Assembly (NCBI GenBank): GCA_018402385.1
Contig: JAGYJA010000005.1
Coordinates: 1 to 64,000, forward strand
Direction of reading: 5' to 3'
Source of the DNA: Flavobacteriaceae bacterium
Lineage (GTDB): Bacteria; Bacteroidota; Bacteroidia; Flavobacteriales; Flavobacteriaceae
Length of the DNA: 64,000 nt
Part shown: positions 51,676-59,899 of the stretch, in pieces
How positions within the stretch are numbered: the stretch's first letter is position 1
Layout: the number at the start of each line of letters is the position of its first letter
Position numbers and translations under genes: made by a program
The notes under the pieces: model-generated
What the model was told of the DNA's origin: nothing
Database searches by the model: none
Seen by the model: the letters and a program-made list of their open reading frames with translations, nothing else

Positions 51676-52440
51676 TTAAGATTTTGTTAAATACTTGTTT
51701 TTAAGATGTTTATCCCTATAGTCTAGGAGGTTATCAATTTTTTCTTTCCAGTTTGTTGGTAAGCTTGGCTCTTTCCATTCAATGTCATTATACCATTCAG
51801 GTGCAAATAAGTTGTTAGATTCACCTATTCCTATTAAATTATTACCATATAAATTTAAATGACGTTTATAGAAACATTTTTTAACGTTTATCATTTGGTC
51901 AGTTGGTTTGGCAAAACCCTTAGGAATTAATACAACATTAGATGCAGACGTAAAAAGAGAATATGGTTTGGTAGAATGATCAAAATTCTCAAAGACTTCC
52001 TTTTCTAAATCTCTTTCACTTTCCTTGTGACCAAACACATGTGCTAACTCAAAATAATTCAAACCACTTTGTATCCAACTACCACTAGAATAAGTCTTAT
52101 TTAGAGACAAATAAGTCCATAAATGCCTTGGATAAGTATTATCATTAAAAATTGTTCCGTCTTTTTCATAAATATTATTTTTCCATCTTTTTAGATGTTT
52201 TTTTTCAATATTAATAGGTCTTCGAATCCCTGGAAATATACAATCTGAGCCTTCGTAAAAAAAATCATCAAAATTCAATTTTGGGTGACAAAACCCCTTA
52301 AAGCTTTCTTTAAAGTCAATATTTCTTTCTGAAATATATTTTACAATTTCAGGGTGTATATGATGTGTGACTAGACCTAATATTATTGCTAATTCCCTTT
52401 CAACTTCTTCAGACTTATTTTCAAATTTAAAATTTTCCAT
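51676..52440 (-). CDS. Hypothetical protein (island; 8 bp downstream of the DUF2779 gene)
   Basis: 254-aa ORF with HxxxH-like ELAHVFGH segment; no family recognised. Confidence 0.3.
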   Translation of the reverse strand: MENFKFENKSEEVERELAIILGLVTHHIHPEIVKYISERNIDFKESFKGFCHPKLNFDDFFYEGSDCIFPGIRRPINIEKKHLKRWKNNIYEKDGTIFNDNTYPRHLWTYLSLNKTYSSGSWIQSGLNYFELAHVFGHKESERDLEKEVFENFDHSTKPYSLFTSASNVVLIPKGFAKPTDQMINVKKCFYKRHLNLYGNNLIGIGESNNLFAPEWYNDIEWKEPSLPTNWKEKIDNLLDYRDKHLKNKYLTKS

Positions 52441-52447
52441 ATTTATT

Positions 52448-54433
52448 TTATTCTATTATTTCTTTCAAATGCTCAAACACCATCACCATTGCTAAGGTAT
52501 CTAACTCACAATACTTCAATAGGGCATCGCGCAGCTTACCTCTTTCTAAATCGCTCATATCAGTATATTGGGTTAACCCGTAAGCGGTTAAAGCGGCACC
52601 ACCATTATTGATTTCTTCAATATCACTTTTACGCTCAAAATCCGGATCCCAATCTTTAAACGGTTTATCTAAAGATTTATAAGGATCTTCTATTTCACCG
52701 TCTTTTATACGCAACCACTCGTGATCACTCGGAAAATTCTCACTCGTCATATTAATGTCTGCAATCGGTTGACTGTACTTTTCTTTGATGAATTCAGAAG
52801 TTTTGAAAATAGCCGGCAAAATAGCCTTAATGGAATTACTCCCTTTGGTATGTGGGTTGTAGTAATAGGCTTTGATTACTTCACAAAGGTCAATCATGCC
52901 TCTTTCGGGTTGCCAAAGTTCGCCTTTGTAATCCTTGTCCTTTGGTGGCGTGGTCAATGTCTTAATGAAGTTGATTAAGCTTTCTTTATCTGGCTCAGTT
53001 GAAGCTTCCAATTGCCGTTTGACTTGATTTAAGGTAGAATTTTCATAGGGCGAAAACTGAAACACAGAACCGTTGTTTAATTCTAAGGCTGCTTTTAGTG
53101 CTCTTATAAACTCAAAATTGGGGAACTCACCGGGGTTCACATTAATAAATTCTTTAGCGTGTTCTATACGTCCATCTTCATGGTAGATATGGTGAGAAAA
53201 TTGAAATACTACTTTTTCATAAGGATGCTGACCTTTATAAAAAGGGAGAGCCACTGTAGAAGCTTCAAAGTCAATAAAATTATAAGGCGGTGTCCAAGAA
53301 GCCATTTCACTTTTCAATTCTTGATCTAAAATTTCAAAAGTGAAATTATCAGGGTCTAATGCTTTCTGTTTTTGTAAAATTTGCCTTTCGTAAAGCGACC
53401 AACCATTCAAAACCTGTTTTGATTCACTTTTTGGTTGTAATTGTTCATCATTTATGTCTTCTAATTTTAGGACATTAAATTCATTGAATCCTCTAAGTTT
53501 GGTGTGATGCAGCTTTGAGATTTCAAAAGCATTTGGTGCTTTAAAATCTTCTTCTTTCCAACCTAATTGCTTTTGAAAACATTCTTCAAAGCCTGATTTT
53601 TTATCTTTTGAGGCTGCATCTGTTTTAAACTCACAATGCTTGCATTTTCCAAAGTTGAGGGGATAACCAAAATAGCGGTCTTCTAGATAGGCTTTAGATA
53701 AGACTTCAATAGCATCTTCAAATTCATAATCTCCTAAAATGCGATGTTCTCCTGTTTCAATTTTAGTAATGATCTCCGAGACATCTTTAAGGGATAAGAC
53801 CGAGTCTTCTGGTAGGTTTAACTGAGCTAATTGGTCTTTCTTTATATATATTCCAGTCCTACTATTACTGTTCTTTTTAATTCGAAACATTTGGTTTAAT
53901 CCATCTACAGATGCTGTTTTAAGTTGGTCGGCTAGCATTAAGTAGGGCTTGACACTAAATTGTGGATGTGCTTTTTCTATAACGTATTTTTGAAAAGCCA
54001 CATCAAACAAATACAAACTCCAATCAGAGTTATATTTCACATCCTTCTTCTTATCCCCTTCTTTAAATGACTTGGCCTTCACTTCAATTAAATTGATGTG
54101 ATTGCCTTTTTTCTCTAAAATATCAACACGGATAAACAAATTATTGTATTTAAAAGCAGCCTCATAAATCACTACATTCTCCTTTTGCAGTTGTTCATTC
54201 GTTTCAGCTACTTTTTGTTCATAATCATAATGGGCAGATTTATCATCATCAACTAAATAACCACCAGGGTAATGCATACGTGCTAATTCTTCTACCTGAA
54301 AGCCGCCTTTAGCCAAAGCTTCTAAAAACGGATTATTGTTTTTTTGATTAGCATAGTCATCTTTCTTGGTGTAAAACAATTTATTAGGGCATTCAAGGCC
54401 TAATTTAAAATATGATTTGGTTAAGTATCTCAT
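52448..54433 (-). CDS. DUF2779-family predicted nuclease: N-terminal PD-(D/E)xK (RecB/Cas4-like) domain plus C-terminal RNase-H-like/DEDDy-like domain
   Basis: MRYLTKSYFKLGLECPNKLFY start; FIRVDIL...NLIEVKAK (D...ExK); later FIDFEAS (DxE) and KYCELDTLAM (YxxxD). Confidence 0.5.
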   Translation of the reverse strand: MRYLTKSYFKLGLECPNKLFYTKKDDYANQKNNNPFLEALAKGGFQVEELARMHYPGGYLVDDDKSAHYDYEQKVAETNEQLQKENVVIYEAAFKYNNLFIRVDILEKKGNHINLIEVKAKSFKEGDKKKDVKYNSDWSLYLFDVAFQKYVIEKAHPQFSVKPYLMLADQLKTASVDGLNQMFRIKKNSNSRTGIYIKKDQLAQLNLPEDSVLSLKDVSEIITKIETGEHRILGDYEFEDAIEVLSKAYLEDRYFGYPLNFGKCKHCEFKTDAASKDKKSGFEECFQKQLGWKEEDFKAPNAFEISKLHHTKLRGFNEFNVLKLEDINDEQLQPKSESKQVLNGWSLYERQILQKQKALDPDNFTFEILDQELKSEMASWTPPYNFIDFEASTVALPFYKGQHPYEKVVFQFSHHIYHEDGRIEHAKEFINVNPGEFPNFEFIRALKAALELNNGSVFQFSPYENSTLNQVKRQLEASTEPDKESLINFIKTLTTPPKDKDYKGELWQPERGMIDLCEVIKAYYYNPHTKGSNSIKAILPAIFKTSEFIKEKYSQPIADINMTSENFPSDHEWLRIKDGEIEDPYKSLDKPFKDWDPDFERKSDIEEINNGGAALTAYGLTQYTDMSDLERGKLRDALLKYCELDTLAMVMVFEHLKEIIE

Positions 54434-54463
54434 GCTTGCAGCTTAAAATTTATTTCAGATGTA

Positions 54464-54943
54464 TTATCCATTTAGTTTAAAATAATCTAAAATGGCTTCC
54501 CAATTCGGGTAGTTATTGAATTTGTTATTGATGTAATCCCAACCAAAATGAAGGTGCGTTCCCTTAAAATTGCCTGCGCCGTTAGCTGTTCTATCATCGA
54601 TTAAATAGTCGCCAATCAGTAAATCCTTTCTGTGCGTAATAATCAATTTCTTATGAAAAATGTCCCCAAAATGTTCTTCAATCCAGTTGCGCTTGTGCAT
54701 CCATGCGGTAGGATTGTCCCAGGGTGCTGTAGTTAAAACAAATAGGTCGTATGTATTGGATAAATACAGTTTACGAATAGCTTCTTTTGCACCTGGAACT
54801 ACTTCCAAATTTGCAAAAATGCCATGAATATTGTCAGGATTATCTTTATACTTTAAATAATCTGACTTAGGATGAGTCTTAATCGCCTTTGAAAAATCAG
54901 CTAGGACTCCATCCATATCAATGTAAATAATCGGTTGATTCAT
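54464..54943 (-). CDS. HAD-superfamily 5'(3')-deoxyribonucleotidase (NT5C-like)
   Basis: IYIDMDGVLADF HAD motif I; 159 aa typical of NT5C. Confidence 0.65.
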   Translation of the reverse strand: MNQPIIYIDMDGVLADFSKAIKTHPKSDYLKYKDNPDNIHGIFANLEVVPGAKEAIRKLYLSNTYDLFVLTTAPWDNPTAWMHKRNWIEEHFGDIFHKKLIITHRKDLLIGDYLIDDRTANGAGNFKGTHLHFGWDYINNKFNNYPNWEAILDYFKLNG

Positions 54944-55466
54944 TTACTATTAGTGGTTAAACTTTTAGAGGGCTTTTATAAAATGAAATAATACACTATC
55001 CATAAAACCCACTTATCTTATTAAGATTTTCACTTAAACCTTCTACTGTGTACTTGGTGTAATCTCTTGCCATGTTAAATTAAATTTTAGTTCTATATGT
55101 TAAATTTTATAATTGAAATTTCAATATGCTTTTGTCACTTTTAGGATAATAAAATTGGTAATTTTACAAACTATTGAATGTAAGAATTAGTTTTTTTTGG
55201 TAAAATGGGTTATTAAACTGAAAAAACTATTTTTATTAAGATGTTATTTATTGTTATGTAGAAATAATAATAAAACTCTTGAATTTACGAATAGAGTTTA
55301 CTTAAGAAAAGCAGCTATTTTAGAATCTCTAAACGATATACTTTAAATCTTTAAAGATTAAAATCCAATGATTTTAAATAAAACTTAAAAAGATATTGGA
55401 AGCTTATAAAACAATTGTTTACCTTATAAATAATCTATTTTTATATTTTTGTAAAAAAAACAATTA

Positions 55467-56597
55467 ATGATTTTTAAACAACTACTTTTAAGTTTAATAC
55501 TTTCTACACAGATTTCACCAAAAGTTTTTTTAGACGACAACGGAATTACCATAAGATGTAATACAAATGCTAAGGTAGGTGAAACTTATAATTTTAATGG
55601 AACACCTTATTTAATAGTTGACAATGAGCTATTAAAAAAATTAGTGAAAAACAAAGAGCCTCTAGAAAATGTTGTCACTACTTTTGTTACAGATATGAGC
55701 TACCTTTTTTATAAAAACAAAAATTTTAACGATAATATAAGCCATTGGGATGTTTCTAATGTTACCACTATGAGCTGGATGTTTGGTTTTTGCGAAGAAT
55801 TTAATGGGGATATAAGTAATTGGAATACTGAAAATGTAGAGTTTTTTAACGACATGTTTCATGGTACAAAAAATTTTAATGCAGACTTATCTAAGTGGAA
55901 TGTTAGTAAGGGTATACTATTTAATGGTATGTTTTTTGAAAGTTTTTTTAATAATGACATTAATTCTTGGGATGTTTCTAATGCTACTAATTTGAGTGGT
56001 ATGTTTGATAATGCTTTGGACTTTAATAAACCCTTATCTAATTGGGATGTTTCTAATGTTAAATTAATGGGAGGTATGTTTGCTGAAGCCATTAAATTTA
56101 ATCAAGATATAAGCATGTGGGATGTAGGTAAAGTTACTGATATGACAAACATGTTTAGAAATGCTGTTAAATTTGAATACGATTTATCATCTTGGTCACC
56201 AAGAATTTACATTACTCCAAAAAATTTTAATTTCAATAGCCCTGTTATAGGACCAGAGTTTAAAAAATCTACAAATATTTATTTACCTTCAATTATAACA
56301 GCAATATTTTTTACTCTAATTTATTTTTATAAAGTTTATCGTTTTAAGAGAAAAGAGGAATTTAAAGAGTATAATACCATTGTTAAGAAACTGATAAATA
56401 ACAAAAAAATTAATAATCATCACTTAACAAAAAGCGATTTGGATGAAATATTTGCCCTAACGCATTTAGAATATGAAAAACAAAAAGCCAAAAGATCTTC
56501 TTTAATTAAAGAGATTAATAATTACAAACCTGGATTAATTGATAGGGTGAGAGATCCAGAAGACAAACGCTCTTTTTTATATAAAATAAATTCTTAA
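55467..56597 (+). CDS. DUF285 / 26-residue-repeat surface protein (BspA-like) with C-terminal TM anchor
   Basis: About 8 tandem repeats of the form FNxDISxWDVSNVTxMxxMF, then a TM helix (IITAIFFTLIYFY) and a basic tail. Confidence 0.6.
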   Translation: MIFKQLLLSLILSTQISPKVFLDDNGITIRCNTNAKVGETYNFNGTPYLIVDNELLKKLVKNKEPLENVVTTFVTDMSYLFYKNKNFNDNISHWDVSNVTTMSWMFGFCEEFNGDISNWNTENVEFFNDMFHGTKNFNADLSKWNVSKGILFNGMFFESFFNNDINSWDVSNATNLSGMFDNALDFNKPLSNWDVSNVKLMGGMFAEAIKFNQDISMWDVGKVTDMTNMFRNAVKFEYDLSSWSPRIYITPKNFNFNSPVIGPEFKKSTNIYLPSIITAIFFTLIYFYKVYRFKRKEEFKEYNTIVKKLINNKKINNHHLTKSDLDEIFALTHLEYEKQKAKRSSLIKEINNYKPGLIDRVRDPEDKRSFLYKINS

Positions 56598-56971
56598 ACA
56601 TACAAAATAAAAATTCTAATAGTAATTGAACTAGATTAGGAATAGTAAGTTTTTAAGGTAAAATACCTTTAATATCCACCTCTATTTACATTCAAAACTC
56701 TTGCTGGATAGGGCGGACAAAGTGAGCATCAGTAAATTATCAATAAATCTTTCTATTGCAATAGTTTACTGTCGTAAACCACATGGCTCAAATTATCCGC
56801 TGCGAGTAGTTAGGTTATCCACCCCATCCAATTGTAAGCTTACCTACCTAATCAGAAATCTTATTGGATTAAACTCCTTTGATAAGATTCCCCTTCTTTT
56901 CTTATCATACAGATTTCCTTTTGTAAAGAAAATCGATTTTTTTATACATAATGAATTTTTTATATGATAAA

Positions 56972-57018
56972 ACATATAATATGAATTTAAATGACCTAAA
57001 TATATGTTTTTACATATA
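56972..57018 (+). promoter_or_regulatory. Two tandem palindromes TATATG-N6-CATATA (putative HipB operators) upstream of the HTH gene
   Basis: 56972-56989 TATATGATAAAACATATA and 57001-57018 TATATGTTTTTACATATA, centres ~29 bp apart, 40-90 bp before the HTH start. Confidence 0.45.
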
Positions 57019-57058
57019 ATTTTATATATTTGTATTTAATTATATTTTTAAGCATATA

Positions 57059-57268
57059 ATGAGTGGTTTATCAGAATTTGTAAAGCAACGTAGAAAAAGT
57101 GTCAATCTCACCCAAGAGGAATTTGCCGAACGTGCCGGTGTGGCACTGACCGTTATACGTAAGATTGAACAGGGAAAGACCAACCTGAACATGGAAAAGG
57201 TAAATCTGGTATTGAACATGTTCGGACATGAACTGGCTCCCGTTCAGATAAAAAGACAGGATAAATGA
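57059..57268 (+). CDS. XRE-family HTH regulator (HipB-like)
   Basis: 69-aa ORF with an HTH segment LTQEEFAERAGVALTVIRKIEQGK. Confidence 0.75.
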   Translation: MSGLSEFVKQRRKSVNLTQEEFAERAGVALTVIRKIEQGKTNLNMEKVNLVLNMFGHELAPVQIKRQDK

Positions 57269-57600
57269 GACAGGGCCTTGTATATTATAACGACCATTTG
57301 GCTGGAACCATCACAGAAACAAATGATGGAGAATACATCTTTCAGTATGATGATAAGTATGTTGAGCAATATCCTAATGACTTTATCACCTTTACCATGC
57401 CCGTAGCCCATACTCCCTATAAAGACAAACGACTGTTCCCTTTTTTTGAGGGTCTTATACCTGAGGGCTGGCTGTTGAACATAGCCTCTGAAAACTGGAA
57501 AATAAACCGAAATGACCGCATGGGACTTTTATTGGCATGTTGCCATAATTGTATTGGTGCGGTGAGTGTTGAACCTATAATCAAGGAGAATGAAAGGTAA
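57265..57600 (+). CDS. HipA N-terminal subdomain protein (HipS-like)
   Basis: 111-aa ORF with a HipA_N pattern (LVYYNDHLAGTI...FQYDDKY...LFPFFEGLIPEGW); overlaps both neighbours. Confidence 0.7.
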   Translation: MRQGLVYYNDHLAGTITETNDGEYIFQYDDKYVEQYPNDFITFTMPVAHTPYKDKRLFPFFEGLIPEGWLLNIASENWKINRNDRMGLLLACCHNCIGAVSVEPIIKENER

Positions 57601-58531
57601 GTGCTTATATTGTTATGGTGAGACAACCGGTGGAAAGGACTTTCACGATAAGTGCTCTATGGCGTTTTTTGGGTCCACAAGTCCCCCAACAATAGATTAC
57701 TCCTTGAACCAAATGGACGAATTGGCCAAGAGCGTTGTGGAGCGCAGTGTTGCCGTTCCCGGTGTGCAACCCAAGCTGTCCATGTCACTAATAAAGGAAA
57801 CACGGGAAAAGGCCGACACAAGACTCACCGTGATTGGTGCGTTGGGCGGTGAGTTCATTCTAAAACCACCATCGGAGCTTTATCCTGAAATGCCAGAGAA
57901 CGAACACCTGACCATGAAAATAGCGGAACGCTTGGGAATAAAGACTGTTCCCTGTTCCCTTATCAGATTGGCATCAGGTGAACTCTCATATATTACAAAG
58001 CGGATTGACAGAACGCCTGATGGTAAAAAGGTCCATATGTTGGATATGTTCCAAATAACGGAGGCCTTTGACAAATACAAAAGTTCGATGGAAAAAATAG
58101 GCAAGGCCATCGACCTATACTCCAGTAATACGCTCCTAGACAAAGTCCTGTATTTTGAATTGGTCGTTTTTTCATTCATTACCGGTAACAATGATATGCA
58201 CCTGAAGAACTTTTCCTTGATAAAAGACCCTGTTGGCTGGACTTTGTCCCCTGCTTATGATTTACTGAACGCATCCATTGCGAATCCGGATGATGATGAA
58301 GAGCTTGCCCTAACACTTAACGGTAAAAAAAGAAAATTAAGGTCTGATGATTTTGTTGCTTTGGGCAAGGGAATGGAGCTATCGAACAAGCAGATAAAAG
58401 GGGCTTTCAAAAGAACCGTTGATAAGTTAGCTGTAATAACAGAATGGATAGATAAATCCTTCTTGTCGGCAGACATGAAAGGAAAATATAAAGAAATTAT
58501 ATCCTCAAGAACCAAGGCAATAGGGTTGTAA
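57590..58531 (+). CDS. HipA-like Ser/Thr kinase core (HipT-like) with N-terminal CxxC...H..C motif
   Basis: 313-aa ORF with VPGVQPKLS and DMHLKNFSL (HipA catalytic-loop type) motifs. Its ATG lies 10 nt before the upstream stop. Confidence 0.7.
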   Translation: MKGKCLYCYGETTGGKDFHDKCSMAFFGSTSPPTIDYSLNQMDELAKSVVERSVAVPGVQPKLSMSLIKETREKADTRLTVIGALGGEFILKPPSELYPEMPENEHLTMKIAERLGIKTVPCSLIRLASGELSYITKRIDRTPDGKKVHMLDMFQITEAFDKYKSSMEKIGKAIDLYSSNTLLDKVLYFELVVFSFITGNNDMHLKNFSLIKDPVGWTLSPAYDLLNASIANPDDDEELALTLNGKKRKLRSDDFVALGKGMELSNKQIKGAFKRTVDKLAVITEWIDKSFLSADMKGKYKEIISSRTKAIGL

Positions 58532-58558
58532 AACAACAATATATCTCTACCTACTGAT

Positions 58559-59485
58559 TTAACTTAGCAATGGGTTATCCCACCGCATAAACCAATTCAA
58601 AATAATCGTTCCGTTTGATATTGTCAAACACTTCCAGCCCGGTCCTATTGTTGAACAGGTCTCCAAAGTTCTCGGCGAGCATCTCCCAGCCCTGCATCCC
58701 GACCTCGTAAGAATTCGGAAGAGGTCTGATAGTATGTTTTTTTCATGCAAAAAAACGATTTCTTTTTTACCTGTTTTATTTTTAAAAGCCAAAAAGGGAT
58801 CTTTACCTAAGTATTCATTAACAATGACATATTTAATCACCTTTCTAAAGCGTTGAATTACCTTATTAATGGTACTTTGCTGAAAGCTTTTTTCAGTTAC
58901 CAAGTAGTATTGTAAATCATCTAAAAATGAACCTTTAAGTTGTTTTAATAAGATATCTGAGGTTTTAAATTTCCACTTGATAAAGCTTTCAATGTGAGTG
59001 TAAGTTTCTAAGTATTTACTGTATGTGACCTGTTGAATTTCTTTACCTACAAGGTTTTTGATGTGTTCGTTGTGTAAGTTGAAGGTAGCAAGAACTCCCA
59101 TTTCTTCAGTAGTACTTTCTCCTTTGTATTTAGAGAGGATATCAACAATTGTAAAGGAAGCTCCGGCTAGTTTTAATTTAAGGTAAGAATCTTGAAGCTT
59201 TTGCCTGATTAATGTGATGTTGTCATTAATATAATCACTGTCTTCTTGGTCTTTCGCAAACTGGCTATTAATATCCCAGTTTTCAGGTTTAATAAAGAGT
59301 CCTGTTGAGAATTCCTTAATATTTCTATCAACAGTAATTCTACAACGAATGGGGCACTTGCCAGATTTGTTGATTTTGGATTTTTGAATGACATACAAAA
59401 TTCCTAATGTGCTACTTTTCATACTTTTAGGTGTTAGAAAAGTGGGGCACTCGAAAATATTTTGGGGCACTAAAATGACTCCCAA
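58559..59485 (-). pseudogene. Tyrosine-recombinase/integrase remnant: N-terminal arm/SAM-like domains only, fused to an unrelated GC-rich fragment
   Basis: Bacteroidota-type integrase N-terminus (KSGKCPIRCRITVDRNIKEFSTG...). The catalytic domain is absent. The last ~60 codons are GC-rich and unrelated; the alternate frame ends ...NRTGLEVFDNIKRNDYFELVYAVG*. Confidence 0.55.
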
Positions 59486-59532
59486 AATTTATAAAAACCA
59501 TCCAAAACTTGCTTTCTAGCAGAAATGACTAT

Positions 59533-59664
59533 AAACAAAAAAAGCTCTACGCAATAATGCGAAAAGCTTCTCATCGGCTCTACTACAAGCCTTTCCCCAA
59601 GTTTACTTGGGGACAACACAACATCTTGACGGCTACTGAGCGTAGTCGAAGTATGCGGTCTGGA
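59533..59664 (-). repeat. Copy C of the 3'-flank/terminator module (native downstream region of the intact tRNA-Asp)
   Basis: CCCCAAGT-TT-ACTTGGGG perfect hairpin; AGCTTTTCGC..GCGTAGAGCT stem followed by T7 on the tRNA strand. Confidence 0.8.
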
Positions 59665-59729
59665 CGGGACTCGAACCCGCGACCCCCTGCGTGACAGGCA
59701 GGTATTCTAACCAACTGAACTACCAGACC
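59656..59729 (-). tRNA. tRNA-Asp (anticodon GTC)
   Basis: GGTCTGGTAGTTCAGTTGGTTAGAATACCTGCCTGTCACGCAGGGGGTCGCGGGTTCGAGTCCCGTCCAGACCG; cloverleaf with 7-bp acceptor stem and GTC anticodon; CCA not encoded. Confidence 0.9.
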
Positions 59730-59841
59730 AAAATAAATTTTAAATTCTGACAACAGTCAGATACAACCCAGGTTGCTTTATTTTGCACTTTTTTGAACGT
59801 TTCCATCTGAATAAATCAGAGGGATTGCTTATTAGCGAGGG

Positions 59842-59872
59842 CAAATATACACCCTATTTTAGTTTACACAAA
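59842..59872 (-). promoter_or_regulatory. Bacteroidota sigma-A promoter (-33 TTTG / 19 bp / -7 TATATTTG) upstream of tRNA-Asp
   Basis: Minus strand reads aaattgTTTGtgtaaactaaaatagggtgTATATTTGccctcgc. Confidence 0.5.
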
Positions 59873-59899
59873 CAATTTTTAAAAAAAAAGATACAATCT

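Larger units (their letters stand above)
50449..59529 (-). mobile_element. ~9.1-kb AT-rich genomic island adjacent to tRNA-Asp, bounded by ~130-bp direct repeats, carrying a truncated integrase
   Basis: The integrase remnant lies next to the intact tRNA. Direct repeats are at 50310-50441 and 59533-59664. Cargo is a HipBST-like toxin-antitoxin module, a surface protein and a nuclease/nucleotidase operon, with a visible AT-richness shift at 54950-57060. Confidence 0.7.

Noticed and set aside
51676-54433. The 254-aa protein ends ...NKYLTKS* and the adjacent DUF2779 protein begins MRYLTKSYF; considered a remnant of a duplicated DUF2779 gene start.
   Set aside because: The similarity is limited to five residues (about 15 nt), with no continuation downstream. 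It is most likely coincidence.
54990-55066. 25-codon minus-strand ORF MARDYTKYTVEGLSENLNKISGFYG in the AT-rich gap of the island.
   Set aside because: It is too short, has no ribosome-binding context that I could evaluate and no recognisable homology. It may be a gene fragment but cannot be supported.
56701-56967. 88-aa ORF in the AT-rich region upstream of the hipB-like gene.
   Set aside because: Low-complexity, AT-driven codon composition, no motifs. The region more plausibly holds the promoter and operator DNA of the hipB-like operon.
57265-58531. Possibility that the HipA N-terminal and kinase ORFs are one gene split by yet another frameshift error.
   Set aside because: The kinase ORF has its own ATG 10 nt before the upstream stop (coupled overlap) and starts with a complete CxxC..H..C motif. 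Split HipA_N plus HipA-core gene pairs are a recurrent genuine architecture, so they are kept as two cistrons.
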